Shown here piece after piece: positions 28,584-37,970 of a stretch of DNA of 64,000 nucleotides. The DNA comes from an uncultured Brevifollis sp. (GTDB lineage: Bacteria; Verrucomicrobiota; Verrucomicrobiia; Verrucomicrobiales; Verrucomicrobiaceae). How positions within the stretch are numbered: position 1 is the stretch's first letter; each line of letters starts with the position of its first letter. The stretch spans positions 488 to 64,487 of the forward strand of contig CAZSBO010000004.1 in NCBI GenBank assembly GCA_964605265.1. Reading direction: 5' to 3'. The notes beneath the pieces were generated by a model. It ran no database searches and was not told the DNA's origin. It was given only the letters and a program-made list of their open reading frames with translations. Made by a program: the position numbers and the translations under genes.

Positions 28584-30887
28584 ATGTTCCGCCCCGCGCT
28601 CCTCGCCCTCTCGCTCGCCGCGCCCGCCGCCGCGGCCGACCTTGAATTCTACCGCGACGTCTTTCCCTTCCTGAAGGCGAACTGCATCGTCTGTCACAAC
28701 AAGACCACGACCAAGGCCGACCTCAACATGGAGACGCCGGAGCTGATGCGCCAGGGCGGCGAATCCGGCACGGCCCTCATTCCGGGCAAGGGCGCCGACA
28801 GCCTGGTCGTCATCGCCTCCCGCCACGAGCAGGACTACGAGATGCCGCCGGTCAACAACAAGTCCGGCGCGGTGAAGCTGAGCGACGAGGAAATCGCCCT
28901 GCTGACGCGCTGGATCGACCAGGGCGCCAAGGCCGCCAAGCGCGAAGAACGCCAGGTCGCCTGGCAGGCACCTGCCGCCGGCGTGCAGCCGATCTACGCG
29001 GTCGCCCTCACCCGCGATGGCCGCTTCGCCGCCTGCGGCCGCGGCAACCGCCTCTTTGTCTACGACCTCGCCACCCGCGAACTGGCCGCCGAACTCACCG
29101 ACCCCGACCCCGCCCTCGCCGGCGCCGGCGCCCATCGCGCGCTGGTGCAGTCGCTCGCCTTCAGCCCCGACGGCACCCGCCTGGCCAGCGGCAGCTTTCG
29201 CGAGGTGAAACTCTGGCGCCTCAACCGCGCCGCCCCGGCGGCTGCCAAGGCCGTGGCTCCGGCCGATCCGAAGCTCGTCCAGCCGCTTGCCGCCGCGGCC
29301 AAGGTCACACCCGCCGGCCATGCGGCGCTGTCGCCCGACGGCAAGCAGCTTGCCAGCGGCGGCAGCGACGGCGTCGTGCGGATCTGGGACCGCGCCAGCC
29401 AAAAAGTCGTGCTCGAACTGCGCGGCAGTCTGGAGGCGCAGCAACGCGCCGCCGAGCTGGACTGGACCGCCGGCCGGCAGGGCCTGGAGGAAGCCTTTCA
29501 GAAGGCCGAGATCACCCGCATCGAGGCCCAGGACAAGGCGCTCGCCGAGCTGCTCAAGAAGGCGAAGGAAGCCATCACCGCCATGACCCGCACGGTGCCG
29601 GAAAAGCAGAAGGCCGTACCTCCGGCGGTGGCCGCACTGGAAGCCGCGACGAAGGCGCTGGCCGAAGCCGAAGCCAAGCTCGCCGCCGAACCACCCGCCG
29701 TGCGTGCCGATCCGGCGCGTCTGAAGGCGCTCAAGGATCTGGAGGACAAGCGCCTCACCGCCGAGACCACCGCCAGTTCCGCCCGCGCCGCGGTCGCCGC
29801 CGCCGAAAGCAACAAGCGCGATGCCGAGGAGGAGGTGCAGCGCATCAGCGCGACCCAGGCCGACAACGCCAAGCGCCTCACCGCCGCACGCGCCGCTGCC
29901 GAGGCCGCCAAGAAGGCGCAGACCGAGGCCACCACCGCGCTCGCCGCCCTCGCCAAGGCGCCGGCCGGCGCCGCGCCGGCGGCGGTCGCCTTCTCGCCCG
30001 ATGGCCGGCGCATTGCCGCCCTCCTGGCCGACGGCCGACTGCGCGTCTGGGCCGCGGCCAGCGGTCGCCTGCTTGAGGAGGCCGGCGCCAGCGGCGGTCT
30101 GGAATTGCAGGCCGGGGCCGACGGCTCCTTCCAGGCCGTGCGCCGACTGCACACCGGCGGCACGCCGCGCGGGCTGCTGGAACGCACGCTCGGCGGCGCG
30201 GCGGCACCGGATCTGTTTGTCGACCGCGTCAATGCCCTCGCCTTCAGCCCCGACGGCAAGCAGCTCGCCTGCGGCGGCGGCGAACTCTCGCGCGGCGGCG
30301 ACGTCCATCTCTTCGAAGCCGCCACCGGCAAGCTGCAGCAGACTTGGAAGGACCGCCATGACGACGCCGTGCTCAGCCTCGCCTTTTCGCCCGATGGCAG
30401 GCAGCTTGCCACCGGCGCGGCCGACAAGATCGCCAAGGTCAGCCAGCTCGCGGACGGCAAGATCCTGCGCGTTTTTGAAGGCCACACCCATTACGTCGCC
30501 GGTCTCGGCTTCCGTGCCGACGGCCGGGTGCTCGCCAGCGCCGGGGCCGACGGCGTGGTACTGGTCTGGGACCTGCTCGCCGGCGAGCGCAAAAAGAAGA
30601 TCGAAGGCTGGACCAAGGAACTGACCTCGCTGCAGTTCCTCGGCGCCGGCAACCGCATCCTCACCTCGGCCGGCGACAACCGCGTGCGCATCGTCACCGA
30701 TGAAGGTGCGGAAGTGCGCGCCCTGGCCGGCCTGCCCGACTTCCAGCAGGCGGCGGCTGGCAGCGCCGATGGCGCCCTGCTGGTCGCCGGCGGCGAGGAC
30801 AGCCACCTGCGCGTCTGGGATGGCCGCGATGGCAAGGAACTCGCGGTCTTTGCACCCGCCGATAAAGCCGCCTCCGCGCGACCGTAG
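28584..30887 (+). CDS. Cytochrome c (PSCyt1) + WD40 repeat protein with coiled-coil insert
   Basis: CIVCH, MPP, repeated AFSPDG..LASG WD repeats, Ala/Lys/Glu-rich coil. Confidence 0.88.
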   Translation: MFRPALLALSLAAPAAAADLEFYRDVFPFLKANCIVCHNKTTTKADLNMETPELMRQGGESGTALIPGKGADSLVVIASRHEQDYEMPPVNNKSGAVKLSDEEIALLTRWIDQGAKAAKREERQVAWQAPAAGVQPIYAVALTRDGRFAACGRGNRLFVYDLATRELAAELTDPDPALAGAGAHRALVQSLAFSPDGTRLASGSFREVKLWRLNRAAPAAAKAVAPADPKLVQPLAAAAKVTPAGHAALSPDGKQLASGGSDGVVRIWDRASQKVVLELRGSLEAQQRAAELDWTAGRQGLEEAFQKAEITRIEAQDKALAELLKKAKEAITAMTRTVPEKQKAVPPAVAALEAATKALAEAEAKLAAEPPAVRADPARLKALKDLEDKRLTAETTASSARAAVAAAESNKRDAEEEVQRISATQADNAKRLTAARAAAEAAKKAQTEATTALAALAKAPAGAAPAAVAFSPDGRRIAALLADGRLRVWAAASGRLLEEAGASGGLELQAGADGSFQAVRRLHTGGTPRGLLERTLGGAAAPDLFVDRVNALAFSPDGKQLACGGGELSRGGDVHLFEAATGKLQQTWKDRHDDAVLSLAFSPDGRQLATGAADKIAKVSQLADGKILRVFEGHTHYVAGLGFRADGRVLASAGADGVVLVWDLLAGERKKKIEGWTKELTSLQFLGAGNRILTSAGDNRVRIVTDEGAEVRALAGLPDFQQAAAGSADGALLVAGGEDSHLRVWDGRDGKELAVFAPADKAASARP

Positions 30888-30896
30888 GTTTGCCGC

Positions 30897-32321
30897 ATGT
30901 CCAAGCCCTCTGACTCGCCTCTCATCCGCTGCGCCGGCCCCGTCGCCTCGCGCCGCGCCTTCATGCAGATTGGGCTCACCGGCTTCGCCTCGCTCGGCCT
31001 GCCCGGACTGATGCGCCTGCGCGCGGAAAACGCCCTGAAGCCGGCCAGCGAACGCACGGCGGTCATCATGGTCTGGCTGCCCGGCGGCCTCTCCCACATC
31101 GATTCCTACGATCCCAAGCCCGACATCGGCAGCGAGTACCGCGGCCCGTTCAAGACCCTCCCCACCAAGGTGCCGGGGCTGCACTTCACCGAGCTCATGC
31201 CGCTGCAGGCGCGCATCGCCGACAAGTTCACCGTCCTGCGCTCGATGCATCAGACTGCCGGCGGTCATCCGGCCGGCACCATGCAGATGTTCTCCGGCGA
31301 CCCCGACACGCGCGACAAGCCGAAGCCGCGCCTGCCCGACTGGATGTCGGTGGCGCATTACCTGCGTGAGCGCGCCGGCGGCCGCGCCAATCCGCTGCCG
31401 AACTACATCGGCGTGCCGCCCGCCTCGCCGGAATATTCCAGCCCCGCCTACCTCGGCGATGCCTACGCGCCCTTCGCCGTCAGCGATGACCCGAGCCGGC
31501 CGAACTTTCAGGTGCCCAACATCGGCCTGGCCGACGAGGCCGAAACACGCCGCCTGAGCGAGCGCCTGGCGCTGCGCAAGAGCCTCGACCGCATGGAGCG
31601 CGCCTTCGACCGCGAGGGCGAACTCGGCGCACTCGACTCCTTCGAGGCCCAGGCCGCCACCCTGCTGACGAACCCGCGCACGCGCGACGCCTTCGACCTC
31701 GGCAAGGAGGACGCCGCCACCCGCGACCGCTACGGCCGCAACCGCTGGGGCCAGCAGTTGCTGCTCGCCCGCCGCCTCGTCGAAGCCGGCGTCGAAATCG
31801 TCACCAGCAGCCTCAACGGCCCGCTCTGCGGCCGCGTCAACAACTGGGACGATCACGCGGTCAACCATCACCAGTTCGAGGCCCTGCGCTTCCGCATGCC
31901 CAACTATGACCGCGCCGTCGCCGCCCTCATCGAGGACATCTACGCGCGCGGCCTTTCCAAGCGCGTGCTCGTCGTCGTCACCGGCGAGTTCGGTCGCACG
32001 CCGAAGATCAGCTTCGATCGCAGCACCGGCGCCGGCAACGCCAGCGCCGCCGCCGGCACCCTGCAGCCGGGCCGCGACCACTGGCCGCGCGCCTTCTCCA
32101 ACATCTGGGCCGGCGGCGGCATCCAGACCGGCCGCGTCATCGGCGCCACCGACAAGCGCGGCGAGGACGTCACCGAACGCCCCTGCGGCCCCGGCGATTT
32201 CCTGTCGACGATCTACCACCACCTCGGCATCGACGCGGCCAAGATCACCATCAAGGATTTCAACGGCCGACCGACGCCCATCGTCGATCACGGCCGTCCG
32301 ATCCCCGAGTTGATCGCCTGA
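30897..32321 (+). CDS. DUF1501 family protein (Tat signal)
   Basis: SRRAFMQ, GGLSHIDSYDPKP, ARRLVEAGV, WDDH, GEFGRTP, GRDHW. Confidence 0.93.
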   Translation: MSKPSDSPLIRCAGPVASRRAFMQIGLTGFASLGLPGLMRLRAENALKPASERTAVIMVWLPGGLSHIDSYDPKPDIGSEYRGPFKTLPTKVPGLHFTELMPLQARIADKFTVLRSMHQTAGGHPAGTMQMFSGDPDTRDKPKPRLPDWMSVAHYLRERAGGRANPLPNYIGVPPASPEYSSPAYLGDAYAPFAVSDDPSRPNFQVPNIGLADEAETRRLSERLALRKSLDRMERAFDREGELGALDSFEAQAATLLTNPRTRDAFDLGKEDAATRDRYGRNRWGQQLLLARRLVEAGVEIVTSSLNGPLCGRVNNWDDHAVNHHQFEALRFRMPNYDRAVAALIEDIYARGLSKRVLVVVTGEFGRTPKISFDRSTGAGNASAAAGTLQPGRDHWPRAFSNIWAGGGIQTGRVIGATDKRGEDVTERPCGPGDFLSTIYHHLGIDAAKITIKDFNGRPTPIVDHGRPIPELIA

Positions 32322-32367
32322 GACGGCGCAGCTTGACCCTGCAGCCGCGCGGGCCAAGGTCGTCGCC

Positions 32368-32754
32368 ATGCCCCGCGTCTCCCATCCCCAGCTGCCCGAC
32401 ACGCCGACCTCGCACCTGCCGTTCAGCCCCTGTGTGGTGGTCGGCGATCTCGTCTTCGTTTCCGGCCAGGCCTCGGTGGATGCCGAGGGGCAGATCGTTC
32501 AGGACAGCTTTGAGGGCGAATTTCGGCGCAGCCTCGACAACATTCGCAAGGTGCTGGCCGCCGCCGGCTGCGGCCTGGAACACGTCGTGCAGACGCGCAA
32601 CTACGTGCGCGACGCCGCCGACCTCGCGGAATTCAACCGGCTCTACCGCGAAACCTTCACGGCCCCCTACCCGGCACGCACGACGATCACGAACTGCCTG
32701 CCCCCGAGCCTGAAGTACGAGATCGAAGTGGTCGCGGTCCGGCCGGGCGATTGA
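32368..32754 (+). CDS. RidA/YjgF family protein
   Basis: VFVSGQ, FNRLY..F..PYPART, EIEVVA. Confidence 0.9.
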   Translation: MPRVSHPQLPDTPTSHLPFSPCVVVGDLVFVSGQASVDAEGQIVQDSFEGEFRRSLDNIRKVLAAAGCGLEHVVQTRNYVRDAADLAEFNRLYRETFTAPYPARTTITNCLPPSLKYEIEVVAVRPGD

Positions 32755-32895
32755 TCGCCTGCCCCGAAGCGACGCCTCGCTCGGGCGAACCTACGGGCCA
32801 TGTCCTGCTGACGAAACAGCACTCGGACGTTTCAACCGCAAGTGTTTTGCATTTTTCAGTTGCTTTTGATTCGCAGTCGCATTACTTCCGGCTCC

Positions 32896-32910
32896 TGAGA
32901 TAGCATCTCA
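32896..32910. promoter_or_regulatory. Putative Fur-type box
   Basis: 7-1-7 near-palindrome TGAGATAGCATCTCA 8 nt before the TonB receptor ATG; weaker similar site at 32867-32881. Confidence 0.55.
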
Positions 32911-32918
32911 ACTCCCAC

Positions 32919-35090
32919 ATGAAACCTCTACTGCCGCTTACCTTCCTGGTCCTGACTGCGCCGGTTCTGGCACAGACGTCGGGCACCCCCTCCACACCGT
33001 CGACCGCCGCGCCCACCCAACTGGACGCGGTCCTCGTCACCGCGGAATCGGAATCCCAGCCGATCATTCAGGGCCCCTTCCTGCCCGATGTCATCGACGG
33101 CAAAATCTTCGCGGGCAAGAAGACCACGGTCATCGACTTCGACTCGATGCCGCAGATCCAGACCGACAACTACCGGCAGGCCTTTGCCAAAACCCCCGGC
33201 CTGCTGGTGAGCGAGCTGCCGAACAATTCCCTGCTCTCGCTGGGCAGCCGCGGCATCGGCGATCCGCATGAGTCGCAGAACCTGCTCGTGCTGAAGGACG
33301 GCGTGCCCTTTGTGCTCGACCAGTTCGGTTACCCGACGGTTTATTACGCTCCGCCGCTGGAAGCCATGGACCGCCTGGAGTTCGTCCGCGGCGGTGCATC
33401 GCTGCTCTATGGCCCCCAACCGGCCGGCTCGCTGAACTACGTCTCACACCGCCCGTCGCTGGACAAGGAGTTCGATTTCAGCACGCAGAACATGGTGGGA
33501 TCGAATGACTTTTACTCCAACTACACCTCGGTGGACGGCACGATTGGCCGGCTCAGCTACATGATGAATTACAATCATCGCAGCGGCGAAAGCTTCCGCA
33601 GCGCCAACAGCGACTACGAACTCAACGGCGGCACAATCTTTCTGGGCCTGGACCTGCAGACCGACACTCGCTGGTACCTGAATCTCGATCTCTACCAGGC
33701 CAACTCTGGTGAACCCGGCGGGCTGAACTTCCGCAACGGCGGCAACAACCTGAACTACAACCGCGACCGCGACCAGAACCAGCTCGACGACGACCGCGTC
33801 ATCGTCGAGCGCTACTTTGCCACGCTCGGGCTGGAGCATGACCTGTCGGCGGCCACCCAGGTGAACTGGAAACTCTTTGGCGGCTACTCCAACCGCACCA
33901 GCCATCGCCAGCGCGGCACCGGTTTCGGCACAAGGCCGACCTCGTCGCTGAACACCACCTCCGAGCACCGCTATTACACGGTCGGCACCGACCTGCGCTT
34001 CAGCCATGCCTGGACCGCCTGGGGCGAGGAACACCAGCTCACGGCCGGCCTGACCTCCACCTACACCCATGCGCCGATCGAAAACTCCCTGGGCTCCAAC
34101 CCACGCGCCACCGGTGGCGCCGTCTTCAACGACATCGGCCGTCGTTCCGCCTACGTGGCCTTCTTCGCGGAAAACCAGTTCAAGTTCGGTCGCTTCAGCC
34201 TGATCCCGGCCTTCCGTGTCGAAAACGTCTGGCAAACCATCCAGGACAACGTGCGCCGCAACAGCAACACGCTGGCGCCGCTGCCGGAACGCGACCAGGC
34301 CGATGCCCAGCACGTGCCGCTGGGCGCCCTCGGTCTCACCTATGCCCTGACCGATGTCAGCACGCTCTACTTCAACCTGTCCCAGGGCTACAAGCCGCCG
34401 ACCTATGCGGACTCCCTGCCGATCGACAACAACATCGCCAACACCAACCTCGACCCGGGTCACACCCTCACCTATGAACTGGGTTACCGCGGTCGCCCCT
34501 CCGAGTTCTTCCACTGGGACGTCAGCGGCTTCTTCATCGACTACAAGGATCGCTTCGGCCAGACCACCGCCGGCGGCGTGACCACCGTCCAGAATGTCGG
34601 GCGCTCGCAGAACTGGGGCATCGACATCGCCAGCGAAGTCGACCTCATCGCCGCCGCCGCCAAGCTCACCGGTGGCGATCCGACCGCTGCGACCCAGCGC
34701 TTTGGCAACCTCGCCTTCCACGTCGCCTACGAGTGGCTGAACGCCGAATTCGTCGACGGCCCCCAGCGCGGCCTAGAACCCCAGTACGCTCCGGAACACC
34801 TGTTGCGCGTCGGCCTCACCCACCGCTGGCGCGACCGCTTCAAAATCTCCCTGCTGCACACCTACGTCAGCCAGCACTTCGCCAACGACAACAACACGGC
34901 GAACTTCAACATCCCCGCCTACCATGTGACCGACCTCATCGCCGAGGCCAAGGTCTGGAAGGAAAACGTCACCCTGCTGGCGGGCATCAACAACCTGCTC
35001 AACGAGGACTACTACAGCCGCGTGCGCGCCAACGGCATTGATCCCGCCTACGGCCGGAATTTCTACGTCGGCGTGCGCCTGACGTACTGA
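32919..35090 (+). CDS. TonB-dependent receptor (FecA-like)
   Basis: Signal peptide, TonB box DAVLVTA, plug LEFVRGGASLLYG, C-terminal GINNLLNEDY..GRNFYVGVRLTY. Confidence 0.93.
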   Translation: MKPLLPLTFLVLTAPVLAQTSGTPSTPSTAAPTQLDAVLVTAESESQPIIQGPFLPDVIDGKIFAGKKTTVIDFDSMPQIQTDNYRQAFAKTPGLLVSELPNNSLLSLGSRGIGDPHESQNLLVLKDGVPFVLDQFGYPTVYYAPPLEAMDRLEFVRGGASLLYGPQPAGSLNYVSHRPSLDKEFDFSTQNMVGSNDFYSNYTSVDGTIGRLSYMMNYNHRSGESFRSANSDYELNGGTIFLGLDLQTDTRWYLNLDLYQANSGEPGGLNFRNGGNNLNYNRDRDQNQLDDDRVIVERYFATLGLEHDLSAATQVNWKLFGGYSNRTSHRQRGTGFGTRPTSSLNTTSEHRYYTVGTDLRFSHAWTAWGEEHQLTAGLTSTYTHAPIENSLGSNPRATGGAVFNDIGRRSAYVAFFAENQFKFGRFSLIPAFRVENVWQTIQDNVRRNSNTLAPLPERDQADAQHVPLGALGLTYALTDVSTLYFNLSQGYKPPTYADSLPIDNNIANTNLDPGHTLTYELGYRGRPSEFFHWDVSGFFIDYKDRFGQTTAGGVTTVQNVGRSQNWGIDIASEVDLIAAAAKLTGGDPTAATQRFGNLAFHVAYEWLNAEFVDGPQRGLEPQYAPEHLLRVGLTHRWRDRFKISLLHTYVSQHFANDNNTANFNIPAYHVTDLIAEAKVWKENVTLLAGINNLLNEDYYSRVRANGIDPAYGRNFYVGVRLTY

Positions 35091-35113
35091 ACCCCGCCGA
35101 TCCATCTGCACAC

Positions 35114-35145
35114 AGCGGGTCCGTCTGGCGACGGACCCGCTTTTT
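35114..35145 (+). terminator. Intrinsic terminator
   Basis: AGCGGGTCCGTC-tggc-GACGGACCCGCT followed by a T-run. Confidence 0.88.
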
Positions 35146-35168
35146 GGCGCTTGGAGCGAAGCCCCGCC

Positions 35169-37058
35169 TCAGCTGACGCGGCCCCAGCGCTGGAAGCACT
35201 CGATCGCCTCGTACTCGGCCAGGCCGAGCGCGTCGTAGGCGCGGGCGTTCTCGCGGTTCGTCTCCGGAGCGGCAAGTTCGAGCGTCGACAGCGAACCGTA
35301 GCGCGACAGGGCGCGCGCCTTGCGTTCCAGCTGCATCGGGCTGAGCGGCACGGCCATGTCGATCTCGTGCGGCTCCAGCGCCTTCTCCTTGCCGCGGTAC
35401 AACCAGAGGCTGCAGGTACCGGCCCATTCCTCGCCGGCACAGGCCTTGAGCGCGGCCTGCAGGATGCGGAAGCCGAGGCCGGCGACGCTGCTCGGGTCGG
35501 CGGCATCGCCGGTGGCATAGATCTGGTGCGGACGCGCCTCGCGCAGCAGGGCAGCGACGAGGTCGATGTCGGCCTGCGTGCTGCGGAAGCGGCGGTAGCG
35601 GCCCTGCTCGTAGAAGGGCAGGTCGAGGAAGGTGAGCTGCTCGTTGGGCAGGTTGCAGGCGTGCGCGGCGTCGCGCAGTTCCCCGCGCAGGACGAGCGAC
35701 TTCAACTGGCGGATCAAGGGCGGATCCTCGCCGAACTCGCCCTTCTCCTCCAGCAGGCGCAGGATCTCGCGGGCGTAGGCGGTCTGCCGCTGCCAGGCCG
35801 CACCGTCCTCGACGACGCCGGCCAGCTCCTGCAGGGTGCTGGCGAACTTGTCGACCTCGCTGTCCGGCACGCGCAGGTTGCCGCTGGTCAGCGCCACCAG
35901 GCGCACATCGTGGCCCTGCTCCACCAGTCGCTCCAAGGTGGCGCCCATGGCGACCACCGCGTCCTGCGGCTCGGGACTGAAGAGCAGCACGCGCTTCGGG
36001 TAGGGACTGGCGCGTTCGGGACGGTAGGTGTCATCCTCGTTCGGCTTGCCGCCCGGCCAGCCGGTGATCGTGTGCTGAAGCTGGTTGAAGATGCGGATGT
36101 TGAGCTGATAGGCCGGTCCCTGCTCGGAAAGCAGGTCGCTGAGGCCATGCTCGTTGTAATGCTCGTCGGTCAGCTTCAGCACCGGCCGCTTGGTCTGGAA
36201 GGCCTGCCAGCAGACGGCGCGCCGCGTCTCGCGCGGCGTCCAAGCCACCGGCCCGACCAGCCAGGGCAGCTTGACCCGGGTCAGTTCGCGCGAGGCGCCG
36301 CTGTCGATGAAGAAACGCGCGTCCGGATGATCCTGCAGGAACGAGGCGGAGATCGCCTCGGTGACCGGACCTTCAACGGCCTTGGCCACCATGCCGGCCT
36401 TGTTTTCGCCCCAGGCCATGAGCACCAGCTTCTTGCCGCGCAGGATGGTGCCGACGCCCATGGTGATGGCGAAGTGCGGCACGTTTTCCTCGCCGCGGAA
36501 GTCAGCGGCGGCGTCCTGACGGGTGACGCGGTCGAGGGTGATGCGGCGCGTCAGCGAGTCGCGGCTGGAACCGGGTTCGTTGAAACCGATGTGACCGGTG
36601 CGGCCGATGCCGAGGATCTGCAGGTCGATGCCGCCGGCGGCCTCCATGTGCTCCTCGTACTCGCGGCAGTGGGCAAACACCTGGTCGCCCGGCACCGTGC
36701 CGCTCGGGATGTGGATGTTCGCCTTCGGGATGTCGATGTGATCGAAGAGCTGCTCGCGCATGAAGCAGGCGTAGCTCTCCGGATGATCCGGCCCGAGGCC
36801 GTAGTACTCGTCGAGGTTGAAGGTGATGACGTTCTTGAAGCTCAGTCCCTCCTCCTTGTGCAGGCGGATCAGCTCGCGGTAGAACGGCACCGGCGTCGAA
36901 CCCGTGGCCATGCCGAGCACGGCGTTTTTGCCCTGGGCGGCGCGCGCCTCGATCAGCGTCCGCACCTCGGCCGCGAGCGTCTTGGCGGCGGCGGCGGAAT
37001 CGGGGAAAATCTGCGTGGGAATCTTCTCGAAGGCTTCGGAGGGCGGGCGGCGGGACAT
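35169..37058 (-). CDS. nagB: Glucosamine-6-phosphate deaminase, long form with C-terminal PIG-L-like domain
   Basis: LGMATGSTP, FNLDEYY, GIGRTGHIGFNEPGS, HTITGWPGGKP. Confidence 0.93.
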   Translation of the reverse strand: MSRRPPSEAFEKIPTQIFPDSAAAAKTLAAEVRTLIEARAAQGKNAVLGMATGSTPVPFYRELIRLHKEEGLSFKNVITFNLDEYYGLGPDHPESYACFMREQLFDHIDIPKANIHIPSGTVPGDQVFAHCREYEEHMEAAGGIDLQILGIGRTGHIGFNEPGSSRDSLTRRITLDRVTRQDAAADFRGEENVPHFAITMGVGTILRGKKLVLMAWGENKAGMVAKAVEGPVTEAISASFLQDHPDARFFIDSGASRELTRVKLPWLVGPVAWTPRETRRAVCWQAFQTKRPVLKLTDEHYNEHGLSDLLSEQGPAYQLNIRIFNQLQHTITGWPGGKPNEDDTYRPERASPYPKRVLLFSPEPQDAVVAMGATLERLVEQGHDVRLVALTSGNLRVPDSEVDKFASTLQELAGVVEDGAAWQRQTAYAREILRLLEEKGEFGEDPPLIRQLKSLVLRGELRDAAHACNLPNEQLTFLDLPFYEQGRYRRFRSTQADIDLVAALLREARPHQIYATGDAADPSSVAGLGFRILQAALKACAGEEWAGTCSLWLYRGKEKALEPHEIDMAVPLSPMQLERKARALSRYGSLSTLELAAPETNRENARAYDALGLAEYEAIECFQRWGRVS

Positions 37059-37208
37059 GGCGGTTGGGTGAGACTACAACGGACCGCATGCCGGGGTTCC
37101 GTCAAGGACGGACCACGGTTTCACGTCCCCGCCTCAGGCCGCGAGCCACTGGAGTTGCAGGCCGTGCCTGGCATGGCTTCGAAAGCCTGAACGCTCGCGA
37201 GACTGGAT

Positions 37209-37237
37209 TTGCTAGCGTGCCATTTATGTGCCATGTT
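37209..37237 (+). promoter_or_regulatory. Putative sigma70 promoter of vapBC (leaderless), with GTGCCAT direct repeats as possible operator
   Basis: TTGCTA-N17-CATGTT, 6 nt before GTG 37244. Confidence 0.5.
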
Positions 37238-37243
37238 TACGGC

Positions 37244-37492
37244 GTGACAACGGAAATGACCCTCGATAAAAGCAACCGCCTGGTGCTGACCAGTGCCGTG
37301 CGCCGCGCCGCAGGCATCCCACCGCAGCAAAAACTCAGGGTGCATGTCTCGCCCGGCCGAATCGTGATTGAAGTTCCCGCCAGCACGACTGGCAAGGTGG
37401 TCAAACGCGGCAAACTCAAGGTCTGGACGGGCGAAGTTCCCGCCACACCCTTGGAGGAAGCCGTCGAACAAGCCCGCCACTACACGCGATGA
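37244..37492 (+). CDS. AbrB/MazE-type antitoxin (VapB-like)
   Basis: TLDKSNRLVLTSAVRRAAGI swapped-hairpin pattern; ATGA overlap with the PIN gene. Confidence 0.82.
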   Translation: MTTEMTLDKSNRLVLTSAVRRAAGIPPQQKLRVHVSPGRIVIEVPASTTGKVVKRGKLKVWTGEVPATPLEEAVEQARHYTR

Positions 37493-37890
37493 CATTCCTC
37501 GACACCGGCATTCTCGTGGGGGCAGTGCTTGCCTCGCACGAACACCACGCGGCCTGCCGCGCCGCGCTGGAGGAGAGCACGTTGCCCTTCACCAACGCGC
37601 ATGCCTTGGCTGAATCGTTTGCAACCCTCACGGGGTTCTACAAGGTTCCGGTGGAATCGGCCACCGAATTGGTTCTGGGCTTGGCGGAAAACCTGGCTGT
37701 CGAGGCGCTCTCCCTGGCGGACTATGAAAAAGCCATTCGCGAAGCGCGCCGGCGTGGCGTCATGGGCGGAGGCATCTACGACTCGCTGCACGCCACCTTT
37801 GCACGCCGGAAAAAGGCCACCCAGATCGTGACGCGCAACCCTTCGCACTTCGTCCATGTCGCGCCCGACCTGGAAATCCTCACCCCTTGA
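37489..37890 (+). CDS. PIN-domain toxin (VapC-like)
   Basis: FLDTGILV, ALAESFATLT, GGGIYDSLH, TRNPSHF. Confidence 0.9.
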   Translation: MTFLDTGILVGAVLASHEHHAACRAALEESTLPFTNAHALAESFATLTGFYKVPVESATELVLGLAENLAVEALSLADYEKAIREARRRGVMGGGIYDSLHATFARRKKATQIVTRNPSHFVHVAPDLEILTP

Positions 37891-37970
37891 CCCGGGCCGC
37901 CTGTCATCCCCAACGACTCCCCAGCGACTCCCGGGAAATGTGCCGCCCTCCCCGGTCGTTCCCTTGGGTC

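Noticed and set aside
28380-32402. 1340-aa minus-strand ORF, and similar long ORFs at 13607-16054, 19320-21914, 24953-27862, 41871-44081, 52971-55292 and 58765-60957
   Set aside because: Stop-poor antisense frames caused by high-GC codon bias of recognisable genes on the other strand; no motifs
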